From the NCBI GenBank assembly GCA_965224245.1, contig OZ245046.1, positions 832,001 to 896,000 on the forward strand: a stretch of 64,000 bases of DNA. Reading direction: 5' to 3'. Within the stretch, counting starts at the first letter, position 1, and every line of letters begins with the position of its first letter. Made by a program: the position numbers and the translations under genes. Source of the DNA: Candidatus Eiseniibacteriota bacterium. GTDB taxonomy: Bacteria; Eisenbacteria; RBG-16-71-46; CAZAMP01. Positions 54,813 to 64,000 of the stretch are shown here, piece by piece. Under the pieces are notes generated by a model. It worked only from the letters and a program-made list of their open reading frames with translations, ran no database searches and had not been told where the DNA came from.

Positions 54813-57800
54813 GTGAACGTCATCAGATCCTGGCTGTCCACCGCCTTGCCCCTGCTGGGGTACGCGACTCTCGCCACCGCCGCTACCTGGCACGTCCCGG
54901 CCGACCATCCCACCATCCAGGAAGCGATAAACGCCGCGACTACCGGTGACAGCGTGGTTGTCGCCGATGGCACGTACACCGGCCCCCTGAACCGCGACCT
55001 GGACTTCGGCGGCAAGAACCTCGTCCTGGCATCAGTCAACGGTCCGGAGTTCACGACAATCGACTGTGAGGAACTCGGACGTGGACTCATCTTGCAGTCA
55101 GGTGAAGACAGCACCTCGGTCGTGGAGGGATTTCATATCTACCGTGGGCGTTCCGCGCCGGGCCACTACACGGAGATCCCGCCCGGGGGGGGCATCTACG
55201 CCGTGTTCGCCACGCCCGTCATCCGGAACTGCGTCATCGATTCGTGCGTGGCTGGAGGCGGGGGCGGAGTGTGGACACGCGGTGGAAGGATCGAGGACTG
55301 TCTCTTCCGCTCCAACCAGGGCGGTGGGAAAGAACCCGGTGGTGCCCTCTTCGCCTACAGCGGGACGGCGCAAGTGATGGTCGAGAATTGCGAGTTCGTA
55401 GACAACTACTCCCGAGGAACCGGTGGCGGCGTGGGAACCAGCGGACCCAACGGGGTCACGATCTCGAACGGGTCGTTCTCTGGGAACGTATCGAGAAACA
55501 AGGGCGGAGGCATCTGGGTTTCCGGCCCGACGACGATTGTCCACACAACCATCACGGGAGACAGTGCGGACGCCGGAGGGGCGATCGGGATCACCAACTA
55601 TCCGGTTTCCATAATCGATTGCACATTGCAGCACAACCGCGCCGCAAGCAGCGGTGGCGCGCTGGTGCTACAGACCGCTGCCGTCGTGGATATGATCGGC
55701 TGCGATATCGCGGGGAACCGGGCGGTGGTGGACGGCGGGGCGATCTACGGGATTTCGACGTCCAGCAACTACACGCTGACCCTCGACGATTGTGATGTTC
55801 TAGACAACGTGGCCGGCCAGCGAGGCGGTGCGCTGTACACACCTCAGGAGGTGACGCTTGGAAACTGCCGCTTCAAGGGGAACAGCGCCAACCAGGGCGG
55901 AGGTCTCTTCTTCGGGGTCCAGCCGCTTCTCATCGAAGACTGTGTGATTGCCGGAAACTTCGCGACCGACGTGGGGGGTGGAATCTATGCGGTGATCGAG
56001 ACAATCGGCCTGACCTCGTACTGGCGCCGGTGCTCGATTGTCGCGAACGCCGCAGGAGCGGAAGCTGGGGGCATATACCTCGAGACCGTGGTGTCCCCGA
56101 CCGTCCGGATGGAGCATTCCATTCTTTGGGGTAACTGTCCCGAGGGTGCGAACGGTGAGATGGCCGGTGGGATGGGAGAGGTCAGGTTTCTGTGTTCGGA
56201 TCTGGATCAGTATGACATCGGGGGCCTCCTCGTGATCATGGACCAGTCCATCGACATCGACCCGCAGTTCTGCGATCGCCCTCCTTGCGAGGACGCACCC
56301 ACCTCGCAGGGGGACTTCACGTTGGTTCCAGGGTCGCCATGTCGTGCAGAGGCGGTGATCAATCCCTGCGGTGAGCTCATGGGGCCGCTGGATCAGGGGT
56401 GTACGCGCCAGTTTGAGCCGGTCGGGCTTCCCGGCGGAGCCTACTCTCTTCCCGGAGTCATCCGGGGCGATGCGCGGTTCGGAGACGCGGATGGAGATCA
56501 CGACTTCGAGATCCTCCTGACGGGGCTCGGGGATCCGGACAATGTGACGGGTCTATATCGGGTGTTCGCCAACGGCGAGGACCAGGTCTTCCTCGATGTC
56601 GGGGCGGGGTTTCCAGCGCTCGAGAAATCCTCGGTGGCGTGGGGTGATCACGACAACGACGGGGATCTGGATGTGCTCATCTCGGGTGACTCGGATGGCG
56701 GGACTCCGATCACCGCCATCTACGAGAACGACGCCGGCACGTACGTGGATGTCGGCGCGGATCTCGTGGGTTTTGAGAGTCCTGCAATGGCCTGGGGGGA
56801 TTACGACAATGACGGGGACGCGGACCTCGTGCTGACCGGCAACGACGAAAGCTCCGTTGGCATCTCCCCGAACTCGGTCCTCTACCGCAACGAGGGCGGC
56901 GTCGAGTTCGTGGACGTGGGGGCCGGGCTTCCGGGAGTGTGGCGCTCTTCCGTCGACTGGGGAGACTATGATGGCGACGGTGATCTGGATCTTGCGATCG
57001 CCGGGGAGGATGCAGGGTCTTCGAAGATCGCCGCAATCTATCGAAACGACGATCAGGTGTTCACCGATACCGGCGCCGCTCTGCCGGGCGTCACGTTCGC
57101 TACGGTCGAGTGGGGTGACTACGACAGTGACGGTGATCCGGATCTTTTGATTGCCGGTAGTGGAGACTCTGAGAACGTCCTCGCGATCCATCGAAACGAT
57201 GGCGGACTGTTCACGGACGTCAGCGCCGGGCTCATGGGACTTGGTGCTTCCTCGGCAGCCTGGGGAGACTGTGATGGTGACGGCGATCTCGACATAATCC
57301 TCGCCGGACTTGGACCGGGACCTGAGTGGGGAAGCGCAACGGTCGTCTACCGAAACGACGGAGACGATGTGTTCACCGGATTAGACCTCGGAATACTCGG
57401 CGTTGGCTACTCGTCGGTCCAGTGGGGGGACTCGGACAACGACGGTGATCTTGACGTCCTAATCACGGGCCTCAACGGCGGGACCTACCTTTCGCTTCTT
57501 TATCGAAACAACAGTGCCGTTGCCAACGCTCCCCCGTCAGCGCCAACGGGACTATCTGCCGAAGTAGTCGGTGGAGTCGCGACGTTTACCTGGGGAACCG
57601 CAACGGATTCCGAGACGCCGACCGCTGGGTTGACCTACAACCTCCGTGTGGGCACGACGCCCGGTGGCAGTGAGGTGATGTCAGCGCTGGCCGACCCATC
57701 GGATGGCCATCGGTACGTTCCGGCTTTCGGAAACGTCGGACACCGGTTGAGCTGGTCACTCACGGTGGATACGGAGGACCTCTACTGGAGCGTCCAGGCT

Positions 57801-58157
57801 ATCGACGCCGGGTTCGCCGGCTCGCCGTTCGCGCCCGAGGCCACTGTCGGGATGCTGGCGGTCGAGGATGTTCCGCTGCCGAGCGTCCACGCACTGAGAG
57901 CCGGTCGTCCCAACCCCTTCCGAACACGGACCACGATCTCGTTCGACCTGCCGGAAGCGGCCGTCACACGACTCACGCTGTATGACGTCGGAGGACGGCA
58001 CGTGTGCACGATTGCTGACGGTGAGTACTCCGCGGGCCGGCATCGCGCGACTGTCACCAGTCGAACTGGCGGGTCGCGCCTCTATCCCGGCGTCTACTTC
58101 CTGCGTATGGAGGCGGGGGAGTTCAGGGCGGATCGTCGGTTGGTGGTGCTGGAGTAG
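54813..58157 (+). CDS. large secreted protein: beta-helix (GGAI/FxxN repeats), FG-GAP/VCBS propeller, FN3-like domain, T9SS/FlgD-type C-terminal domain
   Basis: GGAGG RBS + GTG, signal peptide, VPADHPTIQEAI, about 7 WGDxDxDGDxD repeats, PNPFRTRTTISF..LYDVGGR..PGVYFLR..RLVVLE end. Confidence 0.88.
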   Translation: MNVIRSWLSTALPLLGYATLATAATWHVPADHPTIQEAINAATTGDSVVVADGTYTGPLNRDLDFGGKNLVLASVNGPEFTTIDCEELGRGLILQSGEDSTSVVEGFHIYRGRSAPGHYTEIPPGGGIYAVFATPVIRNCVIDSCVAGGGGGVWTRGGRIEDCLFRSNQGGGKEPGGALFAYSGTAQVMVENCEFVDNYSRGTGGGVGTSGPNGVTISNGSFSGNVSRNKGGGIWVSGPTTIVHTTITGDSADAGGAIGITNYPVSIIDCTLQHNRAASSGGALVLQTAAVVDMIGCDIAGNRAVVDGGAIYGISTSSNYTLTLDDCDVLDNVAGQRGGALYTPQEVTLGNCRFKGNSANQGGGLFFGVQPLLIEDCVIAGNFATDVGGGIYAVIETIGLTSYWRRCSIVANAAGAEAGGIYLETVVSPTVRMEHSILWGNCPEGANGEMAGGMGEVRFLCSDLDQYDIGGLLVIMDQSIDIDPQFCDRPPCEDAPTSQGDFTLVPGSPCRAEAVINPCGELMGPLDQGCTRQFEPVGLPGGAYSLPGVIRGDARFGDADGDHDFEILLTGLGDPDNVTGLYRVFANGEDQVFLDVGAGFPALEKSSVAWGDHDNDGDLDVLISGDSDGGTPITAIYENDAGTYVDVGADLVGFESPAMAWGDYDNDGDADLVLTGNDESSVGISPNSVLYRNEGGVEFVDVGAGLPGVWRSSVDWGDYDGDGDLDLAIAGEDAGSSKIAAIYRNDDQVFTDTGAALPGVTFATVEWGDYDSDGDPDLLIAGSGDSENVLAIHRNDGGLFTDVSAGLMGLGASSAAWGDCDGDGDLDIILAGLGPGPEWGSATVVYRNDGDDVFTGLDLGILGVGYSSVQWGDSDNDGDLDVLITGLNGGTYLSLLYRNNSAVANAPPSAPTGLSAEVVGGVATFTWGTATDSETPTAGLTYNLRVGTTPGGSEVMSALADPSDGHRYVPAFGNVGHRLSWSLTVDTEDLYWSVQAIDAGFAGSPFAPEATVGMLAVEDVPLPSVHALRAGRPNPFRTRTTISFDLPEAAVTRLTLYDVGGRHVCTIADGEYSAGRHRATVTSRTGGSRLYPGVYFLRMEAGEFRADRRLVVLE

Positions 58158-58177
58158 ATCACACGTTTGGCGCCACA

Positions 58178-58201
58178 GTTCGAGCCCCAGCCGGACTACC
58201 A
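58178..58201 (+). repeat. att-like copy of a tRNA 3' end
   Basis: GTTCGAGCCCCAGCCGGACTACCA vs tRNA-Lys GTTCGAGCCCCAGCCGGGTCACCA; first 17 bp identical. Confidence 0.8.
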
Positions 58202-58352
58202 TTCGGTGAACGTGGGGTCGCGGCGCCTTACTTGAGTCACCCCAAGCGGTTACTGTAGAGAGACACCCCAGAGTTGAGCTAAGGCGACACCCAGATTTAC
58301 GCACTATCGCGTAAGTCCTATGTCTGTGACGCTCTCGATCGAGGAGGGCGTC

Positions 58353-59612
58353 ATGGCCAAGCTCGATCGAGGGGATCGCATGAGCATCATCTCGTTGTCG
58401 GACCGGGGTCACTCGTCTCGCCGGATCGCCCGCATGCTGGGCGTGACCGAGGGCACGGTTCGCTACCATCTCCGACGCCACCGCCAGGGCGACCACGACG
58501 GCCGGGCCGATCAGCCGCATCTGGCGAGCGCGCACGCCGAGGCCATCACGCGGTGGATCGAGTCCCGTGGCACCGGTCCGCTCAACGTGGCCGCCCTTCA
58601 CGATCATCTCCAGGAGGAGCATCGCTACACGGGGAGCCTGCGCTCGGTACAGCGCTTCGTTCGCACGCACTACCCCACGCCCGCGCGCCGCGCCCGCCGA
58701 CGCGTGGAGACCCCGCCGGGCGCGCAAGCGCAGGCGGACTGGAGCGAGTGGCGGGACGTGTGGATCGGCGGCCGGCGCGAGCGTCTGTACGCGTTCGAGC
58801 TTCAGCTGAGCTACAGCCGGTACGCGGTTCGGGTGTGGTCGCGGCGCAAGGACCAGCTCTCGTGGCATCACGTGCACAACGAGGCGCTGCGGCGTCTGGA
58901 GGGCGTGCCGGCCACGATCCGCGTGGACAACGAGCGGACGGCGGTCTCGCGCGGTGCGGGGTGCTGGGGCGAGCTCAACCCGTCGTACCGGCAGTACGCC
59001 CGCGTGGTGCGCTTCCACATCGACGCCTGCCCGCCGCGTGAGCCGTGGACGAAGGGGAAGATCGAACGCCGCATCCGTGACGGTCGTTTCTGGAGCGACC
59101 CTCGCGACCGTCACTGGGACTCGCTGGTGGAGCTTCAGAGCTGGACCGACGAGAGGAGCGTTCGCTCGGCACACCGCCGCCGGTGTCCGCGCACGGGAAC
59201 GAGCGTGATGAGCGCGTACGCGAGCGAGCAGCCGCTGCTGGGCGCACTGCCGATCCAGCCCGAACCGTTCGACGTGGTGGTGATGCGGGCGGTGAGCCAC
59301 GACTGTCTGGTGTCGTTCGAGGGGCGACAGTACTCGGTGCCGTTCCGGTTCGTGGGTCGCCGGGTCGAGGTGCGTGGCTGCGCCGAGCGGGTGCAGATGC
59401 TGGGCGAGGGTGCGATCGTGGCGATGCATCCGCGCTACGGGGAGGAGCGGATCGTGATCGATCCGGCCCATTACGAGGGCGAGGACACCGCCACGGTGCG
59501 TGCTCCACGCCCGCTGGGGAAGATGGGCCGACGTCTGGAGGAGATCGCCCAGATGGTGCCCGAGGCGCGTCCGGTCGATCTGTACGCGGCGATCGCCGAG
59601 GTGGCCCGATGA
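58353..59612 (+). CDS. istA: IS21 transposase IstA
   Basis: N-terminal HTH, ETPPGAQAQADW, VDN, KGKIER, YSVP. Confidence 0.95.
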   Translation: MAKLDRGDRMSIISLSDRGHSSRRIARMLGVTEGTVRYHLRRHRQGDHDGRADQPHLASAHAEAITRWIESRGTGPLNVAALHDHLQEEHRYTGSLRSVQRFVRTHYPTPARRARRRVETPPGAQAQADWSEWRDVWIGGRRERLYAFELQLSYSRYAVRVWSRRKDQLSWHHVHNEALRRLEGVPATIRVDNERTAVSRGAGCWGELNPSYRQYARVVRFHIDACPPREPWTKGKIERRIRDGRFWSDPRDRHWDSLVELQSWTDERSVRSAHRRRCPRTGTSVMSAYASEQPLLGALPIQPEPFDVVVMRAVSHDCLVSFEGRQYSVPFRFVGRRVEVRGCAERVQMLGEGAIVAMHPRYGEERIVIDPAHYEGEDTATVRAPRPLGKMGRRLEEIAQMVPEARPVDLYAAIAEVAR

Positions 59613-60427
59613 GCAGCACCCCCAAGACCAAGAAGATCACGCCCCGACTCGATCTGGACACGACGCGGGAACGGCTCGAGCAGCTCGGACTGGCGCGTGC
59701 GGCCGAGTCGCTCGATCACCTGATCGCCGAGGCGGTCAAGGAGGAGATGCCGCCGCAACGGTTCCTCGATCAGCTGCTCGGTGAAGAGCTCTCGTTCCGC
59801 GATGAGCGTCGCGTACGGACCTCGCTGAAGCTCTCCGGTCTGCCCACTGGACAGACGCTGGGGAACTTCGACTTCGCGTTCCAGCCGTCGATCGAGCGCT
59901 CGCGGATCGAGACGCTGGCCACGTGTCAGTGAATCCGAGAGAACCGGACGCTCTTGATCCAGGGACCGCCAGGAGTCGGGAAGACGCATCTGGCGGTGGC
60001 GCTCGGCATCCGAGCGGTCGAAGCCGGGTTCGGCGTCACGTTCATGCGACTCGAAGAACTGCTGGCCGCACTACGGCGCGATGCCGATCTGCCACCGGCG
60101 AGGATCCGGCGACGCAAGTATGCGAACGTGTCGCTGCTCGTGATCGACGAAGTCGGGTTCGAGCCGATGAACCGGCACGAGGCGAGTCTGTTCTTCCGGC
60201 TCGTCAGCTATCGCTATCAGCGCGGCGCGATCCTCATCACCACGAACAAGGGCATCCGAGACTGGCCGGAGATCCTCGCCGGAGACGAGATCCTGGCCAC
60301 GGCCATCCTCGATCGCCTGCTTCATCGCAGTCACGTGCTGAACATCGCCGGGCGGAGCTACCGGCTCCGGGACCTGGAACGAGCCGCGACGGCCGCTCAC
60401 ACGACCTCAACTGCGCGCGACACCTGA
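59609..60427 (+). pseudogene. istB: IS21 helper ATPase IstB with in-frame TGA at 59930-59932
   Basis: FDFAFQPSI..LATCQ*IREN..GPPGVGKTHLA..IDEVG..TAILDRLLH..GRSYR in one frame. Confidence 0.92.
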
Positions 60428-60547
60428 CGGTGTCGCTTGCTGACTCCCGAGGGCCTGTAAGACGATGAAAGGAGAACCACTTATCCCGAACTCAGGTGCG
60501 TAAGACTGGGTGTCGCCTAAGTGCGTAACACTGGGTGTCGCTTGACA

Positions 60548-60875
60548 CCGGGGAGAGAGGCGGGGGATGCAGTCGGCGGGGCATCTTCCAGGTGAGGAAG
60601 CGTTCTAGCTTCGCGATGAGCCGATCGGGCAGGAAGACCTCGCCATTGCGCTTGCCCTTCGTGCGAGCCTGATCCAGCCGCACCCGGTGACGTACCGTTT
60701 CGCCGTCCGGCGTGACGTGGCGCACGTCCAGACCGAGCACCTCGGACAGCCGGAGGCCCGTGCCAAGGGCCATGGAGAAGAGGACGTGGTCGCGGGGGCG
60801 AGGGGGTTGGCCGGACACTTCGAGCAGCTTGGCCTGCTCGGCCTGAGTCATGGTCTCAGGGGCGCGGTAGGGCAT
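60548..60875 (-). pseudogene. tyrosine recombinase, N-terminal part only
   Basis: RDHVLFSMALGTGLRLSEVLGLD and TKG present; HxxR and catalytic Tyr region absent; runs into the IS21 end. Confidence 0.85.
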
Positions 60876-60959
60876 GGGGCCTCCTGCGGACCATGTTCCC
60901 TCTGGTTGCCGGTAGGTCAAGTCATTCTGGCGCCGCGATCACCTCTTCCATCGTTGTGC

Positions 60960-61592
60960 TCACAGAATCTGCTTCTCGTAGACAGTGAAGTCCGAGTCGA
61001 GCGCCGGATACTCGCGGTGTTCCGCCCAGGCGGTGAACTCGACGTCCTTCTCCAGAATACCAGTCCACTTCTCGGCGAGACGCTCGAACTCGGCGAACAC
61101 ATGATGTGTGCGCTTGTGGCCATAGATCTCGGGGTAGTGAACGGTTGGCAATCCATACGCCCGGTCTTTCTTGCGCGGGTAAGGCTTGATGTACTGGAGG
61201 CCCTTTGAACCCTTGTACTGATGAGACTCCATGAAGGCCGGGACGAGCGGTCCCTCGAAGATGAGGTCGTAGTCGGAGTTCTTGCCGAATGAATGGTCGA
61301 GGGGCTTCGACGGATTGCGCGAGTAGCCGGTTGTCGACGACCCCGTTAGGAGGATGCGGCTGATCATCTTCGTCGCGTCGGCGACGACGGTCACGTCATG
61401 AACGAACTGCCGGTATTGTTCCGTGCTCGAGAATCCCAACGGGCATTCCTTTCGCCTCATCTGCTCAAACGCACCGCGCTGACCATCGACTGGGCCCTGC
61501 GCGTCTTGAATGCGAGCGCGCAGCTCTCGATGAACCATCTGCAGTTGTGCGTCGAATGCTCCCGTCGTCTGGATTGTCGGAGTCACGGACAT
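60960..61592 (-). CDS. putative Pol-beta-superfamily nucleotidyltransferase-fold protein
   Basis: ILLTGSSTTGYSRNPSK...FGKNSDYDLIF fits hG[GS]...DxD. Confidence 0.55.
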   Translation of the reverse strand: MSVTPTIQTTGAFDAQLQMVHRELRARIQDAQGPVDGQRGAFEQMRRKECPLGFSSTEQYRQFVHDVTVVADATKMISRILLTGSSTTGYSRNPSKPLDHSFGKNSDYDLIFEGPLVPAFMESHQYKGSKGLQYIKPYPRKKDRAYGLPTVHYPEIYGHKRTHHVFAEFERLAEKWTGILEKDVEFTAWAEHREYPALDSDFTVYEKQIL

Positions 61593-61827
61593 GATCGCTC
61601 CTGTTCCGGGGAATGAAAGGCGCTGACGACGCGGCAAGATACCATGGAGACGGCGCGCGCAACCAGGTCATCTCCGTTCGTGTGCATGAGAGCCGACGCG
61701 CGGGCATCACGGGACCTCTCGGGCAGCATGTTCCCTCTGCCTGCCCGGACATCAAGTCCTTCTGTCGCCTTGACTGTCTCTCCCGCTGGAGCGTGCATCG
61801 TCCTGTAGCCCGAACAGGAGGTATTGC

Positions 61828-62280
61828 ATGGGCAGGAAGCGTAGCGGCCAGCTGGAGCTAGACGGCCTGAGGGCCGCAGTAGAAGCCGCACAGGCGGGCG
61901 TGGACGCGGCGACCAAGGAAGCGGACCGCCTTCGGGCCAGGGCGAAAGCGGCCGTCACAGACGCCAAGACCGCCTACCGGATCGCCCACACGGCGTACCG
62001 CGACGCGTGCCGTCGGGCGGGCGTGGACTGCGAGTTCGCCCGGGGCCGCTCGGAGAACGTGTCGCCGCGGGTCAGCTTCGAGGTGGTCAAGGTGGCGAAG
62101 GGGGTTCGCGTCACGGTCCGGGGGCGACCGGAGACGGCAGAAGTGATCCCGATGGCGAAGCTCAATGTCTCCATCGGCAAGGCGGCCCTCCACTACTGCG
62201 AGAGGCACATCGGGCCGCCGGAGGTCGTGGGGAACAAGCAGGGGAGTCTGGCGAATAGGTTGAGGACGCTGCTCGCATAG
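61828..62280 (+). CDS. hypothetical protein
   Basis: Strong AGGAGGT RBS; helical N-terminal half, basic; family not recognised. Confidence 0.7.
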   Translation: MGRKRSGQLELDGLRAAVEAAQAGVDAATKEADRLRARAKAAVTDAKTAYRIAHTAYRDACRRAGVDCEFARGRSENVSPRVSFEVVKVAKGVRVTVRGRPETAEVIPMAKLNVSIGKAALHYCERHIGPPEVVGNKQGSLANRLRTLLA

Positions 62281-62389
62281 CAGAGACCGGGCGTTCCTTC
62301 TGGGCTGTCTCGTATTCCAGCGGCAAGTCCACGCACTCGACATGACCGAGTTGCGAAGCGGCAAGGGCAAGCCCTGGCAGACCGCCGGA

Positions 62390-62627
62390 ACCTGCGTCGG
62401 CGCCACTCGATGACGGTTCTCGGCTTCACGATGTAGAGAAGCTCACGCCAGCGGGCGGAGATGCGAGAAAAGAGCGACCAAAGCAGGCGATCGCGATCTC
62501 GAAGCTTCGGTCGCTTTACCGATCGCTTGTGGACGGCGAGCTGGTGGCGGAGCAGGGCGTTCTCGAGCTGGAGCTGCGAGTGAGAGACGACGAGCCCTCG
62601 AACGAAGGCGAAGACGGCCGCGAGCAT
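62390..62627 (-). pseudogene. N-terminal remnant of an rve integrase-core transposase
   Basis: ENALLRHQLAV..R...RPKLRDRDRLLW...WRELLYIVKPRTVIEWRRRRFR; no DDE domain follows; a candidate end TGTGCCTCCCGAAAACCCC ends at 62732. Confidence 0.75.
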
Positions 62628-62980
62628 GGATGATCCAGGGTAGAATGGACGTTGGCGACGAGCCGGGGAGGCTGCCATGGCCACTGCGCCAACGTCAACG
62701 GAAGCAACGTGTAGGGGTTTTCGGGAGGCACAGGTGTCAAGTGGTACCTGCCACCACTTCTCGCCCGACGAGTGAGACCGAGAAGGCGATGCGATCCAGG
62801 AGTCCCTGTCGGGGACCTGCGTCGGCGTTTCGGGTTCCCCGTACTGCATCGCCAGTATCGAGGAACCTACCATTGGAAGCATTACTGTGAGTACGTCCCG
62901 TAACGTCGGATGGAGTTCCGTGTCTTGCGGCAAGGACACGTCGCGAACTGGGGTGCCCGCAAGCCATCGATCCCCTCGGG

Positions 62981-63129
62981 GGGCATCGAGCCCTCGGTTG
63001 GCAGCGCGGGAACTCCTGGGGGATGTCACGCCCGTCGAGTTCGAGGAGGCGATCCACGACGATCCACGAGACCCCGCCAGAGTGGTGGGACTCAACCACA
63101 CCGCTCTCGGGAACCCCCGGAGTGGTTCG
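62981..63129 (+). mobile_element. internally deleted IS3-type right-end remnant
   Basis: GIEPSVGS followed almost directly by LLGDVTPVEFEE, then CTCTCGGGAACCCCCGGAGTGGTTC resembling the IS3 IR at 53270. Confidence 0.65.
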
Positions 63130-63143
63130 GTCTGGGGGACTCC

Positions 63144-64000
63144 ATGACGCGAAGGGCACGAGCAGTGCCGGCTCTAATGGCGGTACTGGCCATCCTTGTT
63201 AGCCACGCGCACCCTGCCACTGGTGTGATCCAGAGCTACACCGAGGACTTCACGACCAAGACGTACTGCGACACCCTGAGCACGACGGCATGGTGGGATA
63301 CCGCTGCCGGGGAGCTGAAGCTACATGCCTTGACCCCTACGCTGGTCGGTACGTACGACACGCCGGGATCAGCCTTCGCCGTCACGATTTCGGGCGATCA
63401 GGCGTTCATCGCCGATTATACGGGCGGTCTACACATCATCGATGTCACCGATCCGGCAGACCCGGTCCTGCTCGGCACTCACGGCACTCCACACAAGGCC
63501 GCCGATGTCGCGGTGGCCTCGGATCGCGCGTTCGTCGCCGACGGCCTGAGCGGTCTGCAGATCGTCGACGTCACCGATCCAGTCAGCCCGGCGTTCGTGG
63601 GTGCGTACGATACGCCGGATCTGGCACTGGGCGTGGCGGTCGATGGCACCCATGCCTTCGTGGCGGACGGCGAGACCGGGCTCATCGTGATCGACTGCTC
63701 CGACCCGTCGAATCCGGTTCCGGTGGGCCTTCAGGACACCTCGGGATTTGCGTGGGACGTCGAGGTGTCGGGAGATCTCGCATTCCTCGCCGACGACGTG
63801 GCGGGACTCGTCGTGTTCGACATCTCCGATCTCACGAACCCCGCGATCATCAGCACGTACGACACACCCGGAGCGGCGAGGGGCGTCGCGGTCGCCGGGG
63901 ATCTGGCATTCGTCTCGGACGAGAGCAGCGGCCTCCACATCATCGATGTTTCCGACCCGGCCAGTCCTCTTCACGTCAGCACCACCGGCACGCCCGGCGA
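63144..64000 (+). CDS. secreted LVIVD-repeat beta-propeller protein (partial, runs off window)
   Basis: MTRRARAVPALMAVLAILVSHAHPA signal peptide; repeats YDTPG.A..V...G..AFVAD...GL.IIDV.DP; absent from ORF track because no stop is reached. Confidence 0.88.
   Translation, partial: MTRRARAVPALMAVLAILVSHAHPATGVIQSYTEDFTTKTYCDTLSTTAWWDTAAGELKLHALTPTLVGTYDTPGSAFAVTISGDQAFIADYTGGLHIIDVTDPADPVLLGTHGTPHKAADVAVASDRAFVADGLSGLQIVDVTDPVSPAFVGAYDTPDLALGVAVDGTHAFVADGETGLIVIDCSDPSNPVPVGLQDTSGFAWDVEVSGDLAFLADDVAGLVVFDISDLTNPAIISTYDTPGAARGVAVAGDLAFVSDESSGLHIIDVSDPASPLHVSTTGTPG

Larger units (their letters stand above)
58254..60547 (+). mobile_element. IS21-family insertion sequence (istB interrupted)
   Basis: TGT...ACA ends with reiterated GCGACACCCAG..TTACGCAC subterminal repeats in inverted orientation; istA-istB genes. 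Confidence 0.92.

Noticed and set aside
59930-59932. Selenocysteine or recoded TGA in istB
   Set aside because: Position is not a catalytic Cys, no SECIS-like hairpin recognised, and TGA is a normal stop throughout the window.

Overview
High-GC bacterial chromosome segment with two parts. (1) About 1-46.9 kb is core genome: tgt(3' end)-yajC-def-fmt-rsmB-PASTA-rpe, ffh-rpsP-khpA-rimM-trmD-rplS-rnhB-yraN, an acyl-CoA catabolism region (icmF, two acyl-CoA dehydrogenases, thiolase, hbd, a split biotin-dependent carboxylase, mce, enoyl-CoA hydratase), tRNA-Leu-tig-clpP-clpX-lon, purA, a PorV-like outer-membrane protein, a Ser/Thr kinase with a TolB-like propeller, and tRNA-Lys(TTT). (2) From tRNA-Lys to the window end is a visibly less GC-rich accessory region: a copy of the tRNA 3' end at 58178-58201 (att-like), a DUF2924/large serine recombinase module, an IS3, an IS21 with a nonsense codon in istB, a truncated tyrosine recombinase, a nucleotidyltransferase-like ORF, IS remnants and two large secreted repeat proteins. 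The secreted-protein styles (PorV-like barrel, T9SS/FlgD-type C-terminal domain, terminal SWxxLKxLYR tag) suggest an FCB-associated candidate lineage such as Eisenbacteria/Krumholzibacteriota/Latescibacterota; this is inference only. The most unusual signals are non-coding: twin inverted structured elements between clpX and lon, an array of 17 palindromic 10-mers after purA with dispersed copies elsewhere, an octamer repeat that frameshifts a glycosyltransferase-like gene, and a ~30-bp motif (CTTGAY-N13/14-GAGSG-NN-CAT) found three times upstream of island genes. All protein calls come from motif recognition by eye; no searches were run.
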